Source of the DNA: Candidatus Nealsonbacteria bacterium
GTDB taxonomy: Bacteria; Patescibacteriota; Minisyncoccia; Minisyncoccales; PWPS01
Direction of reading: 5' to 3'
Length of the DNA: 64,000 nt
Assembly (NCBI GenBank): GCA_003555075.1
Contig: PWHW01000002.1
Span: forward strand, 96,210 to 160,209
Both the position numbers and the translations under genes were made by a program. The notes beneath the pieces were generated by a model that was not told where the DNA came from, made no database searches, and saw only the letters and a program-made list of their open reading frames with translations. This document shows, in pieces, positions 18,690-26,830 of the stretch (position 1 is its first letter; the number at the start of each line of letters is the position of its first letter).

Positions 18690-20546
18690 TTAGATCTCAA
18701 TCAAATATACCTCCTTTTGCGTAAGGAGGTATATTTTTTTACCTCCTCGAGAAACAGCTATATCCACTACATCATCTTTTTCATAGATAATCTGACTGAT
18801 CGTTTCTCCTTTTTTACCTATTAGTACTATTCTGTTTTCCTGAGGGTCATGAATCACCAAAGGGGTTTCCGAATCGGTGTATAATTTTCTTCCGTCCTTA
18901 AGGGGAGGAAATATCAAAGGATTGATAGTTTCCTTTTTTTCTCCTCTGTAATAATGATATATATCACTCTTGGAGGTCAGTGCAAATATTGATCCGTCTA
19001 TGGCAATAGATATCGCTTTTGACATTTTATCCTCACCTTTCTTTATCCATGGCTGAGGTCTTTCTTCGGGGTAGTGCATGATCTCTCCCTTAGTATTCAA
19101 GAAATAGGGGATTCCCATGAAAGAAGATAATGATATGAAATTGTTATGATCCTCGGGAAGAGTTATTATCCTTTCTGAGAAATGACCGTTCTCAAAGAAG
19201 ATGAGATGATCTGGAGAAGAAAAAAAGATGGCTCTTTCTCCGGAGAAAGAGGAAAGGTCTATTCCTTTCTCTATTGGTAAAGAATAAGATGTTATTTCCC
19301 CGTTTTCCGGCTCTAGAATGACTACTTTAGATTCTTGGGAAGAGTAGAGAAAAAGGTTTTCGCCTCCAGCCATTATTTTTTCAGGATTCATATCTTCGAT
19401 TTTTCCCAATAGTTGCACATCAGATCTTACTTCGGTTTCTGAGAGAAGAAGTAGCTCTTCCTCCATTTTATTAAGTAGGATCTCTGCTTCTTCTTTCAGA
19501 ATGGTTTTATTCTTGAACTCGTTAAGCTCTGAGAATAGTTCTTTAAGAGAAGCCATGTCTTCCTTTTCTTTCTTTTGCAGCATTTTTTCCTCCATGGAAA
19601 TTATTTTCTTTTGATCTTTGTCTGCCCTTACTTTTCTTTCGATACCGATTATCGTACTTCCCATTATTATGATAACTACCAATATTAGCGGAAGATAAAC
19701 AGACTTCTCTCTAAAAGGTATTCTTTTTATTCTATCGGGAAGTTTCATGTTTTTTATCCCGGAAAAATTCAATTTACTGAAAATGTTCTTTACATAAGAG
19801 ATGTTCTCTTTGGCCATTTTCTTGAAAGAGAATCTTTCTTTCGGTGCACCAGAAAAGAACTTTCTTTTACTGTCTTTTGGGGAGCCGGAAAAACTCATTA
19901 TCAGTGCCACTCCCGAGACATCTGGAAATTTTTCTTTTTGAAGAGAAGATATCCGCTCCATTGTATCATTTCCCAACAATCCCTTTTTTATCTCTTCAAG
20001 TATCTTTTCTTTATGAAAGAAATCATATATTTCGGGAGTTGCTATAACCAATTTCTCGTTCTTGGAGATCTTCCCGGAAATGAGGTTCTGAAAAGAATCG
20101 GAATGTGAATTATTTAGTTCTTTGCCAATATCTTCTATTTTGTTATTACTTAACAAAAGAATCTTCATTTCACCGATCCTTGAGAAATGTATATCAAAGC
20201 TCTTTGAGCAGAGAAGTGCTATGTTGCCCTTTTTTCCTTTTTTTGACTTTTTTATGAATTCGTTGACTTCCAACAAAGCTTTCTTTAAGGAGTGCTCCGG
20301 GCGAGAAGAGTTCTCATAATAGGAATCTTTTGCAATTTCGAATAATTCTTGCAGGAAAGGGGTTTCTTTTTCGTAAATCTCTCCGGCCATATAAAGTCTT
20401 CCTTTTTTGGCCCTATGAGGATCTTTTGGTTTATATTGAAAAGTTTTGCAAACTTTTCCTTTTTTTTCGGGATTGAATTGTAGCTCGTAGATCTTCATTG
20501 ATTTCATTATAATGTTTTTCAATAAATAGACAATTTTATTCTTCAA
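18690..20546 (-). CDS. hypothetical membrane protein (N-terminal cytoplasmic domain, single TM, coiled-coil, C-terminal beta-rich domain)
   Basis: 618-aa ORF with TM 'VYLPLILVVIIIMGSTIIGI' and a K/E-rich coiled coil. No recognisable catalytic motifs. Confidence 0.5.
   Translation of the reverse strand: MKNKIVYLLKNIIMKSMKIYELQFNPEKKGKVCKTFQYKPKDPHRAKKGRLYMAGEIYEKETPFLQELFEIAKDSYYENSSRPEHSLKKALLEVNEFIKKSKKGKKGNIALLCSKSFDIHFSRIGEMKILLLSNNKIEDIGKELNNSHSDSFQNLISGKISKNEKLVIATPEIYDFFHKEKILEEIKKGLLGNDTMERISSLQKEKFPDVSGVALIMSFSGSPKDSKRKFFSGAPKERFSFKKMAKENISYVKNIFSKLNFSGIKNMKLPDRIKRIPFREKSVYLPLILVVIIIMGSTIIGIERKVRADKDQKKIISMEEKMLQKKEKEDMASLKELFSELNEFKNKTILKEEAEILLNKMEEELLLLSETEVRSDVQLLGKIEDMNPEKIMAGGENLFLYSSQESKVVILEPENGEITSYSLPIEKGIDLSSFSGERAIFFSSPDHLIFFENGHFSERIITLPEDHNNFISLSSFMGIPYFLNTKGEIMHYPEERPQPWIKKGEDKMSKAISIAIDGSIFALTSKSDIYHYYRGEKKETINPLIFPPLKDGRKLYTDSETPLVIHDPQENRIVLIGKKGETISQIIYEKDDVVDIAVSRGGKKIYLLTQKEVYLIEI
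18704..18735. terminator. bidirectional terminator hairpin
   Basis: ATACCTCCTT-TTGCGT-AAGGAGGTAT followed by T7. It overlaps the last codons of the convergent gene. Confidence 0.5.
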
Positions 20547-20573
20547 AGTTATAATGTCCTTGCAAGTAATTAT

Positions 20574-20647
20574 GGGCGCATAGCTCAGCTGGTTAGAGCG
20601 CTGTCTTCACATGGCAGAGGTCTCTGGTTCGAGTCCAGATGCGCCCA
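20574..20647 (+). tRNA. tRNA-Val (CAC)
   Basis: Acceptor GGGCGCA/TGCGCCC, D-arm TAGCTCAGCTGGTTAGAGC, anticodon stem CTGTC/GGCAG with loop TTCACAT, T-arm TCTGG-TTCGAGT-CCAGA. Confidence 0.75.
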
Positions 20648-20700
20648 CTTTTGCTTCTATTAAAGACCTTTCTTTATTCATAAAAATAGTGAGTTTTATT

Positions 20701-20979
20701 ATGGATACCAAAAAGAGGGTTAACATTTTGATCTCTGGGAAGGTTCAGGGTGTGTTCTTCAGAGATAGCACTCGTAAGATCGCAATTTCCTTGGGAATTA
20801 CGGGTTATGCAAAAAATTTATCGGATGGGAGAGTAGAAGTAGTTGCCGAAGGAGGGGAGAATGAGCTAAAAAAGCTTGTTTCATGGGTAAAAAAAGGACC
20901 TCCTCTTTGCAGAGTGGATAATGTAACTTTAAAGAAGGAAAAGTATAAAGGGGATTTTGATGATTTTAATGTGATATAG
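20701..20979 (+). CDS. acyP: acylphosphatase
   Basis: 92 aa 'ISGKVQGVFFRDSTRKIA...GYAKNLSDGRVEVVAEG' (acylphosphatase signatures). Trimmed from the ORF-track ORF that overlaps tRNA-Val. Confidence 0.8.
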   Translation: MDTKKRVNILISGKVQGVFFRDSTRKIAISLGITGYAKNLSDGRVEVVAEGGENELKKLVSWVKKGPPLCRVDNVTLKKEKYKGDFDDFNVI

Positions 20980-20989
20980 AAGATGTTCC

Positions 20990-21018
20990 TTGACAAGAGG
21001 TAATGGTACGCTATAATG
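20990..21018 (+). promoter_or_regulatory. consensus sigma70 promoter for the hsp20 gene
   Basis: TTGACA-N17-TATAAT. Confidence 0.6.
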
Positions 21019-21021
21019 AAG

Positions 21022-21049
21022 CTAGCACTCTTTTGCTAAAAGTGCTAAA
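21022..21049 (+). promoter_or_regulatory. CIRCE-like inverted repeat (HrcA operator-like)
   Basis: cTAGCACTC-ttttgctaa-AAGTGCTAA, compared with the CIRCE consensus TTAGCACTC-N9-GAGTGCTAA (one mismatch per arm). It lies immediately downstream of the -10 box. Confidence 0.6.
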
Positions 21050-21095
21050 AAGAAGAACTTTAAAAGGTCGGATATAAACCAAGTCAAAAAGGCTT

Positions 21096-21524
21096 ATGAA
21101 TATCATACCAAGAAAACCCTTTGGGGAGTTAGACGAATTCTTTCGAGATGATGATTGGTTTTTTCCGATTTTTAGGAAAGGAATGTTTGAACCTGACATG
21201 GATGTTTATGAAACGGAGAATGAGGTAGTAGCGGAAGTGAATGTTCCTGATATCAATCCTGACAATATTAATGTTTCCGTTGATGGAAACGTTTTGAAGA
21301 TAAGTGGAGAGTTTGAAGACAAAAAAGAAGAGGGAGAGAAGGAAAAGAGTTACTGGAAAAAGGAAATTCGCAAAGGTTCCTTCAGTAGAGCGGTAAGATT
21401 ACCTTCAGAGGTTGATGAGAACAAGTCGGAAGCTGCTTACGAAAATGGTATCTTGAAAGTGACACTTCCTAAAACAGAAGAAAAAGAAAGAAAAGGAAAA
21501 GAGATCAAGGTAAAGAAGAAATAA
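21096..21524 (+). CDS. Hsp20/alpha-crystallin family small heat-shock protein
   Basis: 'DVYETENEVVAEVNVPDINPDNINVSVDGNVLKISGE...AYENGILKVTLPK' alpha-crystallin domain. Confidence 0.85.
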   Translation: MNIIPRKPFGELDEFFRDDDWFFPIFRKGMFEPDMDVYETENEVVAEVNVPDINPDNINVSVDGNVLKISGEFEDKKEEGEKEKSYWKKEIRKGSFSRAVRLPSEVDENKSEAAYENGILKVTLPKTEEKERKGKEIKVKKK

Positions 21525-21543
21525 AAAGATCCCAGATAAACCA

Positions 21544-21572
21544 AAACCCCGCTTAAAAAGCGGGGTTTTTTG
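21544..21572. terminator. bidirectional rho-independent terminator
   Basis: AAAACCCCGC-TTAAAAA-GCGGGGTTTTTT between convergent genes. Confidence 0.7.
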
Positions 21573-21592
21573 TATTTCAACTTTTCTCTTAA

Positions 21593-21826
21593 TTATTCTT
21601 CTTCCTCTTCTTTACCTTCTTCCTCTTCTTCTTCGAGGTCGAGATCGTCATCATCGAGGTCAAGGTCGTCTTCAAGATCACCGAGATCCAGATCATCATC
21701 ATCTAGATCACCGAGATCATCATCCTCGAATTCATCATCCTCGAATTCATCATGATCTTCTTCTTCATCTTCGTTTATTGTTGCAAGAAAGGGTTGTTTA
21801 AATTCAATTCGTTCAGTTACAAACAT
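21593..21826 (-). CDS. small polyacidic protein with DL-x-DL repeats (77 aa)
   Basis: A strong RBS AAGGAGGG lies 8 nt upstream of the ATG. The protein is 'MFVTERIEFKQPFLATINEDEEEDHDEFEDDEFEDDDLGDLDDDDLDLGDLEDDLDLDDDDLDLEEEEEEGKEEEEE'. Confidence 0.55.
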   Translation of the reverse strand: MFVTERIEFKQPFLATINEDEEEDHDEFEDDEFEDDDLGDLDDDDLDLGDLEDDLDLDDDDLDLEEEEEEGKEEEEE

Positions 21827-21997
21827 ATTTTTTTATTCCCTCCTTTTTTGAAAGGAGAAAATGGTTATTTACTCGTCACACCCCCCTGGAGTGTACCGAC
21901 CTTTTTTGCTAGAGTCATTATAGTGTTAGATGTATCGTTGTCAAGAATAAAAAAAGTGTATTTTATTTTTTGATTTTTTCTATTATAATCCACTAAT

Positions 21998-22396
21998 ATG
22001 TGGGAAATAACGGAGAAAAGAAATGTTCTTATTTCGTGGTTTGTGTGGCACTATGATGTTGCTTTAGAGGAGATGGTGTCGATGTGGAAGAATTTGCTTG
22101 TTTTTAACATGAATTATTTTTCCATACGCTTTCTACTGAGAACTCTTTTTGCCCCCTGGAAAAAATATACTTTCTCTTACGGAAGGGGTTTTGACGCGGG
22201 AAGGTTTCTCGATACCCTTGTCTTCAATGTGTTTTCGAGACTAATAGGCTTTATAATACGTACATTGATAATTATTATTGGATTGATAGCGCAAGTCATG
22301 ATATTCGTTTTGGGAATTTTGATAATGATGGCTTGGATATTGATACCTTTATTAATAATAGCGGGAATAATCGTTTCTCTAAAATGGTTAATTTGA
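21998..22396 (+). CDS. hypothetical membrane protein
   Basis: 132-aa ORF with a strongly hydrophobic C-terminal half ('IIIIGLIAQVMIFVLGILIMMAWILIPLLIIAGIIVSL'). No SD sequence is evident. Confidence 0.35.
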   Translation: MWEITEKRNVLISWFVWHYDVALEEMVSMWKNLLVFNMNYFSIRFLLRTLFAPWKKYTFSYGRGFDAGRFLDTLVFNVFSRLIGFIIRTLIIIIGLIAQVMIFVLGILIMMAWILIPLLIIAGIIVSLKWLI

Positions 22397-24885
22397 ATAT
22401 AAAGAATGCTGCCATAAATAGAGCACTTCTCCTCAATAAAATACCGATCTTCCGATTTGCGGGGTCGCTCATGGATCTCTTTCTTGTACTTTCTGTACTC
22501 TTTGTTCTTTTAGAGCACTTCAGTGGAAGATTGTATGTAATGGACTTTCCTTTTCTGGGATATGGAATCTTGTCCTTTGTTTTATTCTTATTTTTTCTGG
22601 AGATGGAGCTTTTCTTTAAGCACACAAAGAGCCCCAAGCTTTTCATGGGCATGAAAGATATAAAAGAGGATGACCTGAAAGAGGTTAATCTTGCTGAGTT
22701 TTTGGATTTTGAAAGCGCAAAGATCATTAAAAGAGCAGGAAAGATAGGCGGTGCGGATTCCTATCTTTTGCTTTTTCATATACTTCGATATTCTCGTGAA
22801 ATGGACTTCGTATTTTACAGATCCTTAATTGACAAGGAAAGGATGGCTTCCGAGCTGGAAAATGTCTTTAAGAAAAGAGAAAGGGTCCGAGAGGAATACC
22901 TCGAATCTTTCTTTGAAGTAATGAAAGAAGCTTTTCTGGTGGCCAAAGAAAGAGGCAATGAAAGGATAACATTGGAAGATATTTTTGTTGCTCTTGGCGA
23001 GCATAATAGTTATCTTCAAGGAGTGTTCTACGAGGAAGGGCTCAAGAGGAAGGATTTGATGGAATTGACTTCTTGGCAATTAAGATTGAAAAGTAAAGAC
23101 CATCCTTTTACTCACGATAGTCTTGTAAAAAAAGGAAAACTTGGAATAGAGTGGGCTTCCGGACACACTCCTCTTCTTGATAAGTTTTCTGTCGACTGGA
23201 CCAAAAAAATGAAGATCGCCGGCTTTCCGGAGACCATAGGGCATAAAGAGGAGATAGAGGCACTAGAAAGAGTTCTTTCAAGAGGTGAAGCTAATAATCC
23301 GTTGCTTGTAGGCGAACCCGGATCGGGAAGAAAGAGTATAATTCAGGATGTCATAAGAAGGAGTTATTCGGGAGAAAGTCTTTCTCAGGTTAATTTTAAG
23401 AGGTTTTTAGAGCTTGATCTTTCTTCTTTGGTGTCTCATGCGGAAGGGGTTGAGGAAACAGAGTCTCTTTTGGATAGTGTTTTCAGTGAAGCGGAAAATG
23501 CGGGCAATGTCGTTTTGATAATAAACGATATTGATAATTTCATGAGTGGAGAGCAAAGACCGGGGATTGTTGATATTTCCGGTGTTTTGAATTCTTATCT
23601 GCATCTTCCCTCCTTTGCGCTCATAGGAGTAACTAGCTATGAAGGATTTCACAATAATATTGAGAAGAATCCAATATCCTCTTTAATGGAGAAAGTGGAA
23701 GTAGGTAGGGTGAACAAAGAAGAAACCTTGTGGTTGCTTGAAAGAAGAGCCTTGGCACTTGAAAGAAAGTATCATAAGCTGATCCCTTTTTGCTCTTTAA
23801 AGAAAATAATCTCTCTTTCGGATCGTTACATTCAGGACCATCCCTTTCCAGAGAAAGCAGTGGATTTATTGGAAGAGGCGATGGTGCATATAGAACAGCA
23901 AAAGGTCAAAATTCTTCTGCCAAAACATATTGAGAGGTTGGTGTCCGAGAAAACCGAAATACCGGTGGGAGAGATAGACGAAAAAGAAAGGGAGATCCTT
24001 TTAAACATGGAAAGGCTTTTACACGAAAGGATAGTTGATCAGGAGCAGGCTGTCAGTGCTGTCTCAAAAGCTCTTCGTCGCTCGCGTGCACAAGTTGATA
24101 CGAGAAAAGCCCTTATTGGAAGCTTTTTATTTCTTGGTCCGACCGGTACCGGAAAAACTGAAATGGCAAAAGCAATAACCGATGTTTATTTTGGGTCGAA
24201 AGACAGGATGATACGCCTTGATATGTCCGAATTCCAAACTGTACGTGACCTGGGAAGACTCATAGGTTCCCCGGGAAAAGAGGGTGTGCTTACCTTGAAG
24301 GTCAAAGAGGACCCCTTTTCGCTCCTTCTTTTTGATGAAATAGAGAAAGCTCACCCAGATATTCTAAACTTGTTCTTGCAATTACTTGATGAAGGGCATA
24401 TCACAGATGGAATGGGCAAGAAAGTGGATTTTCGTAACACAATGGTGATTGCTACCAGTAATGCGGGTTATCAGACTATCTTGGATGCTATAGAAAAAAA
24501 TGAGAACTGGAGTGACTTGAAGAAAAGAATATTAAGGAGACTTTTTAAAGAATCAACATTTAGGCCGGAATTTGTGAACAGATTTGACGAAGTGGTTCTT
24601 TTCAAGCCTTTAAGCAAAGAGGAATTATTTATGGTGGCCGGAATGCAGCTTGAGGATCTAAGAAAAGGGTTGAAAGAGAAAGAAATTGACCTCCAGATCA
24701 CTGAAGAGTTAAAGAGGAGAGTCGTAGAGATGAGCTATGATCCCGTATTTGGCGCCAGAGAGATGCAAAGGGTCATTCAAGACAATATAGGAGATGCCTT
24801 GTCATCGGTTATACTAAAAAAGGAAGTAAAAGAAGGAGACTCCCTTACCATAGATCCGAAAGATTTTTCTGTGAAAAAAATGTAG
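22384..24885 (+). CDS. Clp/Hsp100-family AAA+ ATPase with a membrane-spanning N-terminus and a degenerate first ATPase module
   Basis: Two N-terminal hydrophobic helices. Two Clp_N-like repeats ('ESAKIIKRAGKIGGADSYLLLFHIL' and 'ITLEDIFVALGEHNSYLQG'). D1 is atypical: P-loop 'GEPGSGRKS' and Walker B 'IINDIDNF'. D2 is canonical: 'GPTGTGKTEMAKAI', 'LLLFDEIEKAH', 'ATSNAG'. The start between 22333 and 22384 is uncertain. Confidence 0.7.
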   Translation: MVNLNIKNAAINRALLLNKIPIFRFAGSLMDLFLVLSVLFVLLEHFSGRLYVMDFPFLGYGILSFVLFLFFLEMELFFKHTKSPKLFMGMKDIKEDDLKEVNLAEFLDFESAKIIKRAGKIGGADSYLLLFHILRYSREMDFVFYRSLIDKERMASELENVFKKRERVREEYLESFFEVMKEAFLVAKERGNERITLEDIFVALGEHNSYLQGVFYEEGLKRKDLMELTSWQLRLKSKDHPFTHDSLVKKGKLGIEWASGHTPLLDKFSVDWTKKMKIAGFPETIGHKEEIEALERVLSRGEANNPLLVGEPGSGRKSIIQDVIRRSYSGESLSQVNFKRFLELDLSSLVSHAEGVEETESLLDSVFSEAENAGNVVLIINDIDNFMSGEQRPGIVDISGVLNSYLHLPSFALIGVTSYEGFHNNIEKNPISSLMEKVEVGRVNKEETLWLLERRALALERKYHKLIPFCSLKKIISLSDRYIQDHPFPEKAVDLLEEAMVHIEQQKVKILLPKHIERLVSEKTEIPVGEIDEKEREILLNMERLLHERIVDQEQAVSAVSKALRRSRAQVDTRKALIGSFLFLGPTGTGKTEMAKAITDVYFGSKDRMIRLDMSEFQTVRDLGRLIGSPGKEGVLTLKVKEDPFSLLLFDEIEKAHPDILNLFLQLLDEGHITDGMGKKVDFRNTMVIATSNAGYQTILDAIEKNENWSDLKKRILRRLFKESTFRPEFVNRFDEVVLFKPLSKEELFMVAGMQLEDLRKGLKEKEIDLQITEELKRRVVEMSYDPVFGAREMQRVIQDNIGDALSSVILKKEVKEGDSLTIDPKDFSVKKM

Positions 24886-24920
24886 CAGGGGAGAAGTCGC
24901 GATAAAAACACAATCAAACA

Positions 24921-24958
24921 ACCTCCGAAGTGGGACTTCGGAGGTTTTTATTTTTTAA
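24921..24958 (+). terminator. rho-independent terminator
   Basis: ACCTCCGAAG-TGGGA-CTTCGGAGG followed by TTTTTATTTTTT. Confidence 0.7.
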
Positions 24959-24968
24959 AAAATGCCTT

Positions 24969-25048
24969 GTGTGGAATTTGTGGGTTGACAGGGGATTGAT
25001 TGTGGGATAATATGGGGTCACATAGTAAATATGTGGAAAAAAGTGGGG
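24969..25048 (+). promoter_or_regulatory. mraZ promoter region with an array of GTGGG direct repeats (MraZ-box-like)
   Basis: GTGTGG, GTGGG (24980), TTGACA (24985), GTGGG (25002), TGGGG (25013), TGTGG (25032), GTGGGG (25043). The spacings of about 10/11/20/22 nt put the repeats on one helical face. Confidence 0.5.
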
Positions 25049-25095
25049 AAAATACCGGATCTTTGTGGAAAACTCCTCTTTCTTCCTCCTTCTAT

Positions 25096-25527
25096 ATGTT
25101 CATAGGGGAATACACATACAAGATAGATGACAAGAAAAGGCTTGCTATTCCTTCCAAGTTTCGTGATGAATTAAAAAGAAAGGCGGTGATCACGCGCGGT
25201 CTTGATAGATGTCTTTTTCTTTATTCCATGGAAGAGTGGGAGAAGATCGCTGAAAAGATAAGTCAACTCCCTTTTGGCCAACATGACAGTAGGGGGTTTT
25301 CAAGAATAATGCTTTCAGGAGCGATGGAGGTGGAGTTTGATTCGGCGGGAAGGATTCTTATTCCGGATTATTTAAAAGAATATGCTTCTTTGAAAAAAGA
25401 GGTTGTAATTGCAGGTCTGTATAATCGTGTTGAGGTTTGGGATAAGGAAACCTGGAATGATTATAAAGAAAAGACGGAAGAGGAGCTTGGTAATATTGCT
25501 GAAAGACTGAAGGAGTTTGGTGTTTGA
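25096..25527 (+). CDS. mraZ: transcriptional regulator MraZ
   Basis: 143 aa 'MFIGEYTYKIDDKKRLAIPSKFRDEL' with a second half 'MEVEFDSAGRILIPDYLKEYA' (two DXXXR MraZ repeats). Start is ATG 25096. Confidence 0.85.
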   Translation: MFIGEYTYKIDDKKRLAIPSKFRDELKRKAVITRGLDRCLFLYSMEEWEKIAEKISQLPFGQHDSRGFSRIMLSGAMEVEFDSAGRILIPDYLKEYASLKKEVVIAGLYNRVEVWDKETWNDYKEKTEEELGNIAERLKEFGV

Positions 25528-25636
25528 TCAAAAGAGTCAATCTTTAAAAAATAAAAGCAATTTTCAAGACCACGGATCCAGGTTGTCATTATAACGGTTC
25601 TTTACAATTGAATTTTGTGGCTTGAAGTCTTATTCA

Positions 25637-26512
25637 ATGCATATTCCCGTTTTAAAAGAAGAGGTCCTACACTTTTTGAGTCCGCAACCCAATGAAGATT
25701 TTGTTGATTGCACGGCGGGAGAAGGTGGTCATACGGAAGCTATACTGGAAAGGAATGGCCCCTTGGGAAGAGTTTTGGCCATTGAATGGGACCCGGAACT
25801 TTTCAGTGTTTTACTGGAAAAGAGTAAAAAAGAGAAAAGAATTGTTCCCGTAAATGATTCTTATACTTTGATAGAGGAGATAGCTGTAAGAAAAGGATTC
25901 TCTTCCGTGTCAGGAATACTTTTTGATCTGGGTTTTTCAAGTTTTCATGTTGATAGAAGTGGTAGGGGATTTTCATTCATGAGGAAAGAGCCACTGGATA
26001 TGCGCTATAACAAAAATAATCCTCTTACAGCTTATGACATTGTTAATAAATATAAGGAAAAGGATATAGAGTACATTTTAAAAAAATGGGGGGATGAAAA
26101 ATATGCGAAAGAAATAGCTCACAAAATAGTCTTGGAAAGAAGAGAGGATCCTATAGAGACCACTACCAGACTGGCAGAAATCGTAAAGAGGGTTATTCCC
26201 GAAAGACATAAGGAGAACTTAAAAATACATTGTGCCACAAGGACCTTTCAAGCTTTAAGAATTGCGGTAAATGGTGAACTCATGGGGATTGAATCTGCAC
26301 TTCCTGATGCCTTCAAGATATTAAAAAAAGAAGGAAGAATGGTAATTATTTGTTTTCATGAAGGAGAGGAAAGAGTAGTAAAGAAGTTCCTTAGGTCTCA
26401 CAAGAAAAACATAAAATTGCTAACGAAAGACCCCGTGGTTCCCACCATTGCAGAAACAAATAAAAACATTCGTTCAAGGTCGGCCAAATTATATTCTTTA
26501 ATGAAAAAATAA
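25637..26512 (+). CDS. rsmH: 16S rRNA (cytosine1402-N4)-methyltransferase RsmH
   Basis: 'MHIPVLKEEVLHFL...DCTAGEGGHTEAIL...DLGFSSFHVD'. Confidence 0.9.
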   Translation: MHIPVLKEEVLHFLSPQPNEDFVDCTAGEGGHTEAILERNGPLGRVLAIEWDPELFSVLLEKSKKEKRIVPVNDSYTLIEEIAVRKGFSSVSGILFDLGFSSFHVDRSGRGFSFMRKEPLDMRYNKNNPLTAYDIVNKYKEKDIEYILKKWGDEKYAKEIAHKIVLERREDPIETTTRLAEIVKRVIPERHKENLKIHCATRTFQALRIAVNGELMGIESALPDAFKILKKEGRMVIICFHEGEERVVKKFLRSHKKNIKLLTKDPVVPTIAETNKNIRSRSAKLYSLMKK

Positions 26513-26513
26513 G

Positions 26514-26798
26514 ATGAGGAAAATGTTAAAACATTACCATGCTTTTCTAGGAGTTCTTGTTGTTGGGCTTGCATTCTTGTGTGTTTTTCAGATCGTGAAG
26601 ATAACGGAAGAGAAGTATCTTGCACAGGAATATCAAAAGGAATTAAGGGAAGTCTCCAGGATGACCCTTACCATTGAAAATCCCGAAAATAATTTTTCCT
26701 TGAGGGAGGTGGAAGAGATAGCCAAAGAAAACGGATTTGTAAACAAAGGAAATGTAGCTTATGTGGAAGTTCCCAGCACCGAGGTGGCTGAGAGATAA
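26514..26798 (+). CDS. ftsL: cell division protein FtsL-like (small single-TM protein in the dcw position)
   Basis: 94 aa with one TM ('AFLGVLVVGLAFLCVF') and a C-terminal coiled segment, located between rsmH and ftsI. Confidence 0.5.
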   Translation: MRKMLKHYHAFLGVLVVGLAFLCVFQIVKITEEKYLAQEYQKELREVSRMTLTIENPENNFSLREVEEIAKENGFVNKGNVAYVEVPSTEVAER

Positions 26799-26830
26799 TT
26801 TTTACAATAATAAACTAAGCGGGGAGATAA

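Noticed and set aside
21570-21755. Plus-strand Ser/Arg-rich 61-aa ORF.
   Set aside because: It is antisense to the polyacidic gene, which has the strong RBS and shares the terminator.
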